From Candidatus Njordarchaeota archaeon (GTDB lineage Archaea > Asgardarchaeota > Njordarchaeia > Njordarchaeales > Njordarchaeaceae), in contig JAHKLG010000002.1 in the NCBI GenBank assembly GCA_029856625.1, forward strand, positions 1-32,771: a stretch of DNA of 32,771 bases, written 5' to 3'. Within the stretch, counting starts at the first letter, position 1; the number at the start of each line of letters is the position of its first letter. Below the pieces are notes generated by a model, which worked only from the letters and a program-made list of their open reading frames with translations, was not told where the DNA came from and did no database searches. A program made the position numbers and the translations under genes. Of the stretch, positions 1 to 8,220 are shown in pieces.

Positions 1-1
1 C

Positions 2-313
2 ATTTCTCAAATCCTAGAATTCTGCGAAGAAAAAGCACATAATCTTATCTCCAAGAAGTATTCTGGCAAACTACTAGCCTTCACAATTGAAGCCGACGTC
101 ACAGTGAAGAACAATTTTGTAAAGGCTTTACTAGAGATAAATGTAATAATTAGTCCATTATCCCCATTAGTTATGCAAGAAGAAAAAATAGCCGAATACG
201 CTGCAAATGTTTTCATTAACTGCTTTCAGAAGAGGTTAAGAAAACATGGAGAAAAAAACTATGAGGAACGAAGAACAAGTAACCCCAAAGGAATTCCTGG
301 AAGGAATACTTAA
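2..313 (+). CDS. 3' end of a gene entering from the window edge (hypothetical protein, partial)
   Basis: Frame 2 is open from nt 2 to TAA at 311-313 (..ISQILEFCEEKAHNLISKKYSGKLLAFTIEADVTVKNNFVKALLEINVII..). The other + frames are closed. The antisense 69-aa ORF 7..216 has Ser/Phe-rich shadow-like composition. No family recognised. Confidence 0.4.
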   Translation: MSQILEFCEEKAHNLISKKYSGKLLAFTIEADVTVKNNFVKALLEINVIISPLSPLVMQEEKIAEYAANVFINCFQKRLRKHGEKNYEERRTSNPKGIPGRNT

Positions 314-1301
314 TTGCGACAAACCCATAATTATACTACCCCATGAACAAGCAGATATAGATGCTTATGCAACGGCATGGCTTTTTCGAGATTTTCTTAA
401 ATTAAGAGGAAAGAAGGCATATATCTATCTTGATTCTCCCTCGCTTGAACTACGTCGTTTTATAGAAGCCTTAAATTTGAAGACCTTCAGCGATGATTAT
501 GATCGCGTTCTTAAAATGTTGGAAGAAACAGAAGAATACTGCCTCCTACTAGTAGATATTCATGATTATCGTAGATTCTCATCAAGCAAGATAAAGAATC
601 TCGTGGAGAGATCAACAATTATTTTCATAATTGATCATCACTATGGCCAAATACCGAGAGAAAAAAAGATTGTGGCTTATAGGAGGTTTTATCCATCTTC
701 TTGTGAGGTTGCACTAGAACTATTAGAGAATGAAAAAGAATTCGCGATGCTTATAAAGAGGAAAGAATTAGCAAATGCTTTAATCGGCGCGATTCTCTTC
801 GATACTAATTTCTTTCTCAACGCTCAACCAAGAACATTTTACCACATTTCAGAGCTTGTTAAAAATGGTGATTTAAAGCTTGTTTATCAAATACTAAAGG
901 AAAAACAGAGAGAACTCCCAGAGAGAATAGCAAGACTAAAAGGTGCTCAAAGGCTCCAACTACTAAAAATTGGGAACACTCTAATAACAGTGAGCAAAAT
1001 TGGATCATATGAATCATCCGTCGCCAATGCTCTACTCTCATTAGGCGCTGACATTTCTCTCGTAGTCTCAAGGAAAAAAGAGAACTCTAAGAGATACATC
1101 AGAGTAGTTGGGAGAAGCAGAAAAAAAGTAAACATGGCCGCGATTTTTTCTAAACTCGCTAAAAGTCTCGGAGGAGTTGGAGGAGGTCATGAAAGAGCAG
1201 CTGCTATTCAGATTCCTGTGGATAGAATCCAAAGCGAAGAAGAATTGGTAAAAGAAATAATCAAAGAGATCCTTAAAATATTGCAGAATGCATTATCTTA
1301 A
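246..1301 (+). CDS. DHH/DHHA1-family phosphoesterase (NrnA / archaeal RecJ-like)
   Basis: Motifs occur in canonical order: DxD (HEQADIDAYATA), DHH (IFIIDHHYG), DHHA1 GGGH (GGVGGGHERAAA). The ~350 aa size fits. ATG 246 is preceded by GAGGT at 232-236. Confidence 0.8.
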   Translation: MEKKTMRNEEQVTPKEFLEGILNCDKPIIILPHEQADIDAYATAWLFRDFLKLRGKKAYIYLDSPSLELRRFIEALNLKTFSDDYDRVLKMLEETEEYCLLLVDIHDYRRFSSSKIKNLVERSTIIFIIDHHYGQIPREKKIVAYRRFYPSSCEVALELLENEKEFAMLIKRKELANALIGAILFDTNFFLNAQPRTFYHISELVKNGDLKLVYQILKEKQRELPERIARLKGAQRLQLLKIGNTLITVSKIGSYESSVANALLSLGADISLVVSRKKENSKRYIRVVGRSRKKVNMAAIFSKLAKSLGGVGGGHERAAAIQIPVDRIQSEEELVKEIIKEILKILQNALS

Positions 1302-2525
1302 CCCTTTCCGCTTCCTAAAGAATTCTCTTATCCTCGTTATTCCCTCAACAAGCGTTTCTGGGGATTCGATTACTGGAGCAAATGATAGCCTTAGCCATCC
1401 TTCAAAACCATTAAAGTCTACTCCAGGAGCTAATGCTACTTGATACTCATTTATAAGAGCTTTCCAGATCTCTTTTGAGTTGGGATTATATCTTGATGCA
1501 TCAAAGAAAACATAGAAGCCGCCTTCTGGCTCTAAAACATAGAGATCCTCAATCTCTTTGAGCAAGTTAACAGTCTTCTCTGCAACTTCCTTGTACTTCA
1601 ATTTCCCTTTTTCATAGAATTCTGCTAGTTCCTTAAGGGCATCATCATCATTAAACAGCTCTGTTAAAACTACTTGAACCGGACTACTGGGTGCTAACGT
1701 CCTGGCTTGCTCGATAGTCTCTATTGCTCTCACTAATTCCTCCGGAACTATTAAGTATGAGGCACGCCATCCCGGAGCCCTCAGCTCCTTGCTAAGAGTG
1801 CATGAAAAAATCTCTTGATCTTTGGGTTTTCTTGCAAGGTACTTTGGTTTTTCTTTAAAGATAAAGGCCCTGTATGCTAGATCAATTAAGATATAAATTC
1901 CTTTTTCTTCCGCGATATCGTTTAATGCTGAGAGCATTTCGTCAGTCCATACTTGACCATCGGGATTACCAGGAGACGTTATTACTATTAATTTTGTACG
2001 CTCGCTGATGAGAGCTTGTAATTCATCAAAATCCGGAGAGAATTTTCCGTCCTTTATAATTTTCCAGAATTTAGCTTTAGCCTTTCTCCCAAGTTCTAGT
2101 TCAAGCTGTCTTACATAATTAAGATATCCAGGAGACGTAAAAATCACTTCATCCCCTGGATTAAGGAGAGCTAAGTATACAGCACCAATTTGCTCAGTAC
2201 TTCCTAGTCCAAAAATTATTTGATTCCATTCAACTTTTCTTCCCCAAATTTTTTCTTCATAATGAGCTATCGACTCCCTTATTTCTGGATACCCAAGGGT
2301 AGGAGAATACTGTGCTGCCTTAATCCAAGAGTCTTCTTCGGAAAAAACTTTTAGTGTTTTTTCCTTTAGAACTCTGGGGGGAGGATCCTGAGGCCATCCC
2401 CCTGCAAGATATATGAGAGGGCGCGGAAATTTTTCAGGATGCTTCCTAAATTCTGCAACTAGATTCATTATTTCCCTAATTGAAGAGGGGTGCTCAATCA
2501 TCCATTTAGCCAAATCGCTAATCAT
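1293..2525 (-). CDS. PLP-dependent aminotransferase, class I/II (substrate not assignable)
   Basis: Signature around the PLP lysine (SCTLSKELRAPGWRASY, cf. SKxxxxxGxRxGY). ITSPGNPDGQV block. 410 aa. ATG 2525 is preceded by GAGGTGAT. Confidence 0.85.
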   Translation of the reverse strand: MISDLAKWMIEHPSSIREIMNLVAEFRKHPEKFPRPLIYLAGGWPQDPPPRVLKEKTLKVFSEEDSWIKAAQYSPTLGYPEIRESIAHYEEKIWGRKVEWNQIIFGLGSTEQIGAVYLALLNPGDEVIFTSPGYLNYVRQLELELGRKAKAKFWKIIKDGKFSPDFDELQALISERTKLIVITSPGNPDGQVWTDEMLSALNDIAEEKGIYILIDLAYRAFIFKEKPKYLARKPKDQEIFSCTLSKELRAPGWRASYLIVPEELVRAIETIEQARTLAPSSPVQVVLTELFNDDDALKELAEFYEKGKLKYKEVAEKTVNLLKEIEDLYVLEPEGGFYVFFDASRYNPNSKEIWKALINEYQVALAPGVDFNGFEGWLRLSFAPVIESPETLVEGITRIREFFRKRKGLR

Positions 2526-2531
2526 ATATTA

Positions 2532-2539
2532 ATCACCTC
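2532..2539 (-). promoter_or_regulatory. Shine-Dalgarno (GAGGTGAT) for the aminotransferase, next to the ftsY stop codon
   Basis: The reverse complement of 2532-2539 is GAGGTGAT, complementary to the conserved archaeal 16S 3' end (..AUCACCUCC). It lies 6 nt upstream of ATG 2525. Confidence 0.45.
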
Positions 2540-3474
2540 TACGGAAGAATCTGCTTCACAAACCATTCAGCATTAAATGGTAATAAATCTTCATATTTCT
2601 GTCCAACCCCTATGTATAATATCGGCGCTTTAGTTATGTAACAGACTGTTATAGCCGCTCCACCTTTTACATCAGCATCCACCTTGGTGAGAATATTGGC
2701 ATCAATGCCCACCTTTTCATGAAATTCCCTCGCTTGATTAGCTAAGTCATTTCCCGCGAGCGCATCCGCTATAAATATCTTAATATCCGGCTTAGAGACT
2801 CGAGCGATTTTCTTCATCTCTTCCATTAAATTAATATCCGTACCTAACCGCCCCGCGGTATCTATTAATACCACGTCCTTCCTCTTTGCTCGTGCATGAG
2901 CTATCGCATCGTACGCCACGGATGCCGGATCTGCTCCGTAGTTTCTCCTTATAAGAGTAACTCCAAGTTTCTTCGCATGCTTTTCTAATTGCTCAATTGC
3001 CCCAGCTCTGAACGTATCTGAAGCAACTAGTACTGGTGAAAAACCCCTTTTTTGAAAAAGCCATGCCAATTTGGCTATCGTAACTGTCTTACCCGAACCA
3101 TTTGGTCCTAAAAATAAGATAACAAAGGGTCTCCATTCCTCACCAGCTTTCATATGTTTAATATTTTCCTCTCTCCTCTTACTTATTAGAGTAACTAAAT
3201 CAACGCTTTCCTTAGGAGTTAAAATTTCAAGAATTTTTTTCCTAAGGACGCTTTTTATAAACGCCTTTATATCAGTAAATCTCCTTACTTTTTTTCCTAC
3301 AAGTTCCTTTTTCAACTCCTTTACTATCTCATCAGCAACACCAACTGCTACATCATTCGCTATCAGGGATAACTCAAGCTCCTTTAAAATCTTGTCGAGT
3401 TTTTTCTCTGAAATCACCTGCTGAGAGAGCTTCTCCACAACAATGTTCAGAGATACTTTTAATCGATCAAACAC
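2539..3474 (-). CDS. ftsY: Signal recognition particle receptor FtsY
   Basis: SRP-GTPase NG domain: G1 GPNGSGKTVTIAKLA, G3 DTAGR, G4 TKVDADVKGG. No Met-rich M domain, so not Ffh/SRP54. 311 aa. GTG start at 3474. Confidence 0.9.
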   Translation of the reverse strand: MFDRLKVSLNIVVEKLSQQVISEKKLDKILKELELSLIANDVAVGVADEIVKELKKELVGKKVRRFTDIKAFIKSVLRKKILEILTPKESVDLVTLISKRREENIKHMKAGEEWRPFVILFLGPNGSGKTVTIAKLAWLFQKRGFSPVLVASDTFRAGAIEQLEKHAKKLGVTLIRRNYGADPASVAYDAIAHARAKRKDVVLIDTAGRLGTDINLMEEMKKIARVSKPDIKIFIADALAGNDLANQAREFHEKVGIDANILTKVDADVKGGAAITVCYITKAPILYIGVGQKYEDLLPFNAEWFVKQILP

Positions 3475-3613
3475 GCTTCTTCACCAGATTAAGTCATAAG
3501 CTTAAAAATAGTAGCTAAGAAATGAATTCTTTAAGATAGTTCTTATAATATAAAAGGAGACTACAGAGAATTAGAGTCTAGAAGAAATTTGCTATTTATT
3601 TTGGTGCTGAGTA

Positions 3614-5644
3614 TTGAAACATGAAAGAAAAGGATATGTACTGGGAATCGATATAATTCCAGGGGACAGAAAAGACCCAAAATTCGCGTACGTAGTATTA
3701 AATGAGAATGGAGAAAAAATCTCTTCTGGAGAAATCCAACGTAGTACCTTACTAAACTTTATCCGTGAACATAAGATCAAAGTATTAGCCCTCGATAACA
3801 TTTTTGAGTTATACCCCTCAACAAGAGAAATAATCTATTTCCTAAAATTGGCTAAAGTAAGACTTATTCAAGTCACAGGACCACCAGGAAAAGCGCAGAA
3901 GCTCTCTCATATAGGGCGAATGTATAAGCTATGGAAAGGTGGTAAACTCTCTCCCCATGATGCCGCTGAGTTAGCTGCAAAATTGGCCTGGTCGGGAATT
4001 GGATCTGAGGTTAAAGTCTTTGAAGATATTACAGAAATAACTATTTCGCGTACGAGATCATTGGGGGAAGGAGGGCAACACCAGGCAAAGTATGCTAGGA
4101 TAATTGCTTCCGCGATACAAAGTGTTGTAAAAGAAATCGAAGACACTCTACGTAAGCATAATATGTCATTTGACATAGCGATGAGAGAGGGAGATTATGG
4201 AGTAAAGGGTGCAAAGATCTACGTGTATGAACCTTACGAGAAGGTTAGGGGAGTCGTAAATGAATACCATGGTAACCTTTTCAGAATTGAAGTAAAACCA
4301 TTAGAAAAAGAAAGATTAATTTTCACAGGCCAAGATACCCTTAGCGACAAAAAACGCTTTTTAATCTGTGGAATAGATCCAGGAGAAACTACAGGTCTAG
4401 CCATCTTAGATCTCTCAGGCAGAATTCTCCATATAAGTAGTAAGAAAGAATTTGGTTTATCCAATATACTCGAAACGATTTATACTTACGGAAAACCTGT
4501 ACTAATCGCAACAGATGTTCCTAAACTTCCTCAATTTATTGAAAGAATTTGCAGAAAAACGGGCGCTATTCTCCATGTACCAAAACAAGTGATAGGGGTC
4601 TCTGAGAAAAATGAAATCATAAGGCAACTTGGAATAAAGGTAACTAATACCCATGAGAGAGATGCTTTAGTAGCTGCTTTAATGGCATATAAAAAATACC
4701 AAAAAGTTTTTCAAAAAATTGACAAAATCCTTTCATACATACCCTTTGATTTGGATCCTAATGAGATAAAGCGAGATATACTTTTTGGATTATCAATAAA
4801 AGAAGCGATTTATAGGGCATTTGAGAGAAATATTACCTCATTATTACGAGCTGAGGAAAAACGTGAGAAAGCGATTATAACTGGTGATCAGAGAATATTG
4901 GAGGAAAATAAGAAACTCCACGAGAGAATTGTTGAACTAGAAAACAGAATAAGTTTCCTAGAAAGAGAAATAGATACTCTCCAGCAAGCATTAAGGGAGA
5001 AAGAAAAAGAAATCTCTAAGCTTAAAGATGAGATATTTCTAGAGAGGCAAAAATATAGACAGAAGATTCAGCATGAGCTAGAAAAAATTAAGGATAAACA
5101 CGTTAAGGAATTAGAAAACGAAGTGTCTAATCTTCGTTTAAAACTTTATAGATATCAAAGAAAGGTTGAAAAACTGTCTAGAATTATCGAGAATCTCCTT
5201 AGAATTATTAAGAAATCCTCTTCAGAAATTGTAATAAAGCGCGTGGAATCTCTTACGAGAGAGGCGATTGAAAAACTCGACAAGACATATGGTATTGTAG
5301 CAGGAGACGTGCTTTATATTGTTAATCCTAGTGGAGCTGGAGAGAATATAGCCAAAACTCTCGTTAATAGAGGAATAAAAGCCATTATAATCGAAGAAAA
5401 GACATTACCTGAACCCGCGCTTCAAGTATTTGAGCAAGCATCTATACCTATACTCTATCCAGAAGATTTCGATCCAGCCTTAAATATTGAAAACGAAGAC
5501 ATAATGATCATTTCATCTAAATCTCTAGAAAAGGCTATCAAGAACGCGGAACTTAGAAATATGTCAGAGGAAGAAAGAAACTATTTCATAGTCATGGAAA
5601 TCATAGATGAATATCGTAAGAATAGAAAGAAAATGTTTGAATAA
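3614..5644 (+). CDS. DUF460/COG2433-like protein: two RNase H-fold (RuvC/YqgF-like) modules, a coiled coil and a C-terminal domain
   Basis: Two 'GID..PG' openings (YVLGIDIIPGD; ICGIDPGETTGLAILDLSGR). Long heptad-like stretch (..LENRISFLEREIDTLQQALREKEKEISKLKDE..). The architecture matches my recollection of archaeal DUF460. TTG 3614 is the only plausible in-frame start after the TGA at 3608-3610. Confidence 0.6.
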   Translation: MKHERKGYVLGIDIIPGDRKDPKFAYVVLNENGEKISSGEIQRSTLLNFIREHKIKVLALDNIFELYPSTREIIYFLKLAKVRLIQVTGPPGKAQKLSHIGRMYKLWKGGKLSPHDAAELAAKLAWSGIGSEVKVFEDITEITISRTRSLGEGGQHQAKYARIIASAIQSVVKEIEDTLRKHNMSFDIAMREGDYGVKGAKIYVYEPYEKVRGVVNEYHGNLFRIEVKPLEKERLIFTGQDTLSDKKRFLICGIDPGETTGLAILDLSGRILHISSKKEFGLSNILETIYTYGKPVLIATDVPKLPQFIERICRKTGAILHVPKQVIGVSEKNEIIRQLGIKVTNTHERDALVAALMAYKKYQKVFQKIDKILSYIPFDLDPNEIKRDILFGLSIKEAIYRAFERNITSLLRAEEKREKAIITGDQRILEENKKLHERIVELENRISFLEREIDTLQQALREKEKEISKLKDEIFLERQKYRQKIQHELEKIKDKHVKELENEVSNLRLKLYRYQRKVEKLSRIIENLLRIIKKSSSEIVIKRVESLTREAIEKLDKTYGIVAGDVLYIVNPSGAGENIAKTLVNRGIKAIIIEEKTLPEPALQVFEQASIPILYPEDFDPALNIENEDIMIISSKSLEKAIKNAELRNMSEEERNYFIVMEIIDEYRKNRKKMFE

Positions 5645-7033
5645 TTATGTCTTTACCCGCCTTTTTCTCCGCCTTTCTCCTTTAGGTGATATCCATTTCG
5701 TTGTTATTATTCCAAATAGGATTATTAGTATCATCACAATAGCTATTGCTATCCATAATTCCCAATATTTTTTCTCTTCTTTCTCTTTCAGTTTAACTTC
5801 AGAAATTACTTTTAGCGTTACACTTTTGCTAATAACGAAACCGAATTGGGAAATCATCTGAACGTCCACGATAATCGTTCGAGAATTATTTGGAATTAAA
5901 TCTATCTTGAAGCTATATATTCCTGGTTCAGTTACATTTTTTTCAAAGCTTCCAGTGGTTAATGTGGCATTGCTTGCATCTAAGATCTTGTAGTATACCT
6001 TTAATGTGGTATTTCCGTAACCTTCACCTACTTGAATTCCAATGTACCCTGGACTTAATTCGTATAGATCCCAGCCCGTTATATTGATAATCGGATAAAT
6101 ACTCAGCGCGGCAATTCCTTTTTCAATTACTTGACTAAGGTACGCAATCGAAACCTCTGGTGCTTCTAGTCCAATAGATTTCCTCCATACGTAATTTCTG
6201 AATAGGTATACAAAAGCTGGATATAAATCTCTGAATCCGAATGTTAGAAATGATCCGCTTGCATTAAGTAGTATAGATGTGTTAGAATCTAATGCAAGTA
6301 ATACTCCGTAATTCTGTAATTCTTCTGGTATCTTTTTCGCCTCATTAGCGATATCTATGAGAATTATGCGAAGAGACTCCCTCCCAAATTCATTTAATAT
6401 TTGCTCATATAGAGTTGCGATCCATGTTTTTACTTTATTAACTGCTATTTCATCACTCATGTTAAGGTAGATTAAAATGGTTATTTCTTTGAAATCATCT
6501 ATCGTTAGCTTACTTCCATTAATTAATGTTATATTCAATGCAGTAAGCGGACCATAAAGCGGGGACACAGTGTAAGGCGATCCATAAGTGCATTGATGGT
6601 AAGCATAGAAATTCGATGTTGCTAGTAGACTTTCATTTAGTGATAAATCTTCTGAAATATTCCTAACAAAAAAGACCTCATAACCATTCATATATTCAGA
6701 GTTATTAGTAATGTTTTTCACGTATTCAATAGGTAAAATATTTATCTCCATAATATTTCTCCAGAAGTTATCATTGTTCTTGAATTCTTCTAATAACCAT
6801 AAGGCCGCCTCATATAAACTTGAAAAATTCATTAGACTTCCATTAGAGAATTTTATTGTTGCAACAGGTAAAGTGTTATTCTTAAGAAATCTTGGAGCAT
6901 AATTATACGCCCTTAAACTGTTCGTAATATTAACGCTTTTAGACTCCTTACTCAACGAATCATTAAGTGGCGTGAAAAAAATCATTGTTATGATCAAGAG
7001 TAATACTGGAAGACTTTTTTTCAGAGATTGCAC
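5645..7033 (-). CDS. Secreted, C-terminally membrane-anchored protein, probably a heavily N-glycosylated surface protein (function unknown)
   Basis: N-terminal signal-like segment (SLPVLLLIITMIFFTPL). C-terminal TM (WELWIAIAIVMILIILFGIITT) followed by a basic tail (KGERRRKRRVKT). I count 19 N-x-S/T sequons in 462 aa. GTG start at 7033 with GGTGAT (rc of 7039-7044) 5 nt upstream. Confidence 0.65.
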   Translation of the reverse strand: MQSLKKSLPVLLLIITMIFFTPLNDSLSKESKSVNITNSLRAYNYAPRFLKNNTLPVATIKFSNGSLMNFSSLYEAALWLLEEFKNNDNFWRNIMEINILPIEYVKNITNNSEYMNGYEVFFVRNISEDLSLNESLLATSNFYAYHQCTYGSPYTVSPLYGPLTALNITLINGSKLTIDDFKEITILIYLNMSDEIAVNKVKTWIATLYEQILNEFGRESLRIILIDIANEAKKIPEELQNYGVLLALDSNTSILLNASGSFLTFGFRDLYPAFVYLFRNYVWRKSIGLEAPEVSIAYLSQVIEKGIAALSIYPIINITGWDLYELSPGYIGIQVGEGYGNTTLKVYYKILDASNATLTTGSFEKNVTEPGIYSFKIDLIPNNSRTIIVDVQMISQFGFVISKSVTLKVISEVKLKEKEEKKYWELWIAIAIVMILIILFGIITTKWISPKGERRRKRRVKT

Positions 7034-7038
7034 TTAGA

Positions 7039-7044
7039 ATCACC
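7039..7044 (-). promoter_or_regulatory. Shine-Dalgarno (GGTGAT) for the GTG-initiated surface-protein gene
   Basis: The reverse complement of 7039-7044 is GGTGAT, 5 nt upstream of GTG (7033-7031). Confidence 0.4.
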
Positions 7045-7084
7045 AAATTATTAATTTACTAGGATGTTAATCGTTACTTCTATG

Positions 7085-8131
7085 TTAAGATGTTTTATTA
7101 ATGCGCTCGTTTAGCCTATTAATTATATCCTTTAAGAGGTTTAGTATTTCCTCTTGTCTTTCTGCTGTTTTCTTGATGATATCTAGAAGGTTAGATTCTA
7201 AACTCGTAACCTTGTTGAATAATTCATCTAGCTGTGATTGAACATTTTTCAATCCCTCAGCTATACTCCGCAAATCTTTAAATTCCTCGTATTTCTCACC
7301 CTCCTCTCTCTTTCCTCGCTCTACTTTCTCAATCAATTCCCCAGGCTTAACTCGTGCTTCTTGAATTTCTTCTTTAACAAATTCTCGTTCGATCTCTGGT
7401 ATCCGCAGAAGCTCTTTTTTAACACTTACCTCCTTTATAATCAACTCTCTTACATTTGGAATCTTCTTCTTTTCTCCAATGAGCCAAAATAGAATATTTA
7501 CAAAGATCTGCGCATTATCATAATGCTTAATCCAATCATTACTAAACATTTTATAAGAACCAATCACACCTAGTCTCCCATTTCCGTATCGAGATATAAC
7601 TATAACCGGCGCATTCGGTGGGTTATGTCTAGGACTTGTTATCGCTATTGGCTTGGTGTGAGCTCTTTGCTTTATTATAAAGGAGCACCCCTCGGGATAG
7701 ATTATTTTTTCTACACCAAAAGTTATGCTATCAACTTTATTGAATGTGTTTATTATGACTACACTACTTCTTTCTCCTCTAACAATATCACATCGTGGGA
7801 AAATTCCAGCTAATGCTGTGATTTCTTCTAAATTATTAACTAGACCTACATCACCGAATTTATCAAACATTATGAGAAGAGAACCTCCTCTCACAAGGAA
7901 ATCGCGGAGAACAGCCAATTCCTCCTTCTCATATTTGTAATATGTCTTTGCGGGAATTACTAATACACGTGCCCGTCCGATTAACTGCTCATCGAAGGAA
8001 CTCATTTCAATTATGTTAAAGTCTAGATTTACGAGGAGTCTTGCAAGTTCATTGTACTCTCTCTTAATATTGCCTAGGACAGATTCTTGGTCAAAAAGAA
8101 TTGATATCTCACTTGTAGACAACTTATTCAC
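7085..8131 (-). CDS. GIFT/DUF4350-like domain protein (IFT52/GldG-type N-terminal domain) with a C-terminal coiled coil
   Basis: Blocks typical of the GIFT/DUF4350 fold: ILFDQES.., VLVIPAKTYYKYEKEELAVLRDFLVRGGSLLIMFD, NNLEEITALAGI, and GRLGVIGSYKMFSNDWIKHYDNAQIFVNILFWL (cf. the IFT52 block ..GKLxVLGSxxMFsDxYLxKEENxK...WL as I recall it). The last ~120 aa are Glu/Lys-rich heptads. GTG start at 8131. Confidence 0.5.
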   Translation of the reverse strand: MNKLSTSEISILFDQESVLGNIKREYNELARLLVNLDFNIIEMSSFDEQLIGRARVLVIPAKTYYKYEKEELAVLRDFLVRGGSLLIMFDKFGDVGLVNNLEEITALAGIFPRCDIVRGERSSVVIINTFNKVDSITFGVEKIIYPEGCSFIIKQRAHTKPIAITSPRHNPPNAPVIVISRYGNGRLGVIGSYKMFSNDWIKHYDNAQIFVNILFWLIGEKKKIPNVRELIIKEVSVKKELLRIPEIEREFVKEEIQEARVKPGELIEKVERGKREEGEKYEEFKDLRSIAEGLKNVQSQLDELFNKVTSLESNLLDIIKKTAERQEEILNLLKDIINRLNERINKTS

Positions 8132-8220
8132 TCTCTTTCATGTCTCACAATTCAATAAGAGAGAATAATAGCTAAAAATATCACTAATTAAGGTAGGATT
8201 AGAATGTGAGACAAAGAAGG

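Noticed and set aside
7-216. Many 60-143 aa ORFs in the six-frame track lie antisense to or inside long genes. Examples: 7..216, 859..1071, 3071..3424, 3907..4176, 6711..6902, 7238..7492, 10286..10546, 13739..14170, 24477..24797, 26515..26763, 30091..30348, 31159..31416, 32350..32538.
   Set aside because: They fully overlap long ORFs with clear family signatures. They show shadow-ORF composition (Ser/Phe/Leu/Ile-rich, low complexity), which is expected in AT-rich DNA with few stop codons on the antisense strand. None has a recognisable motif.
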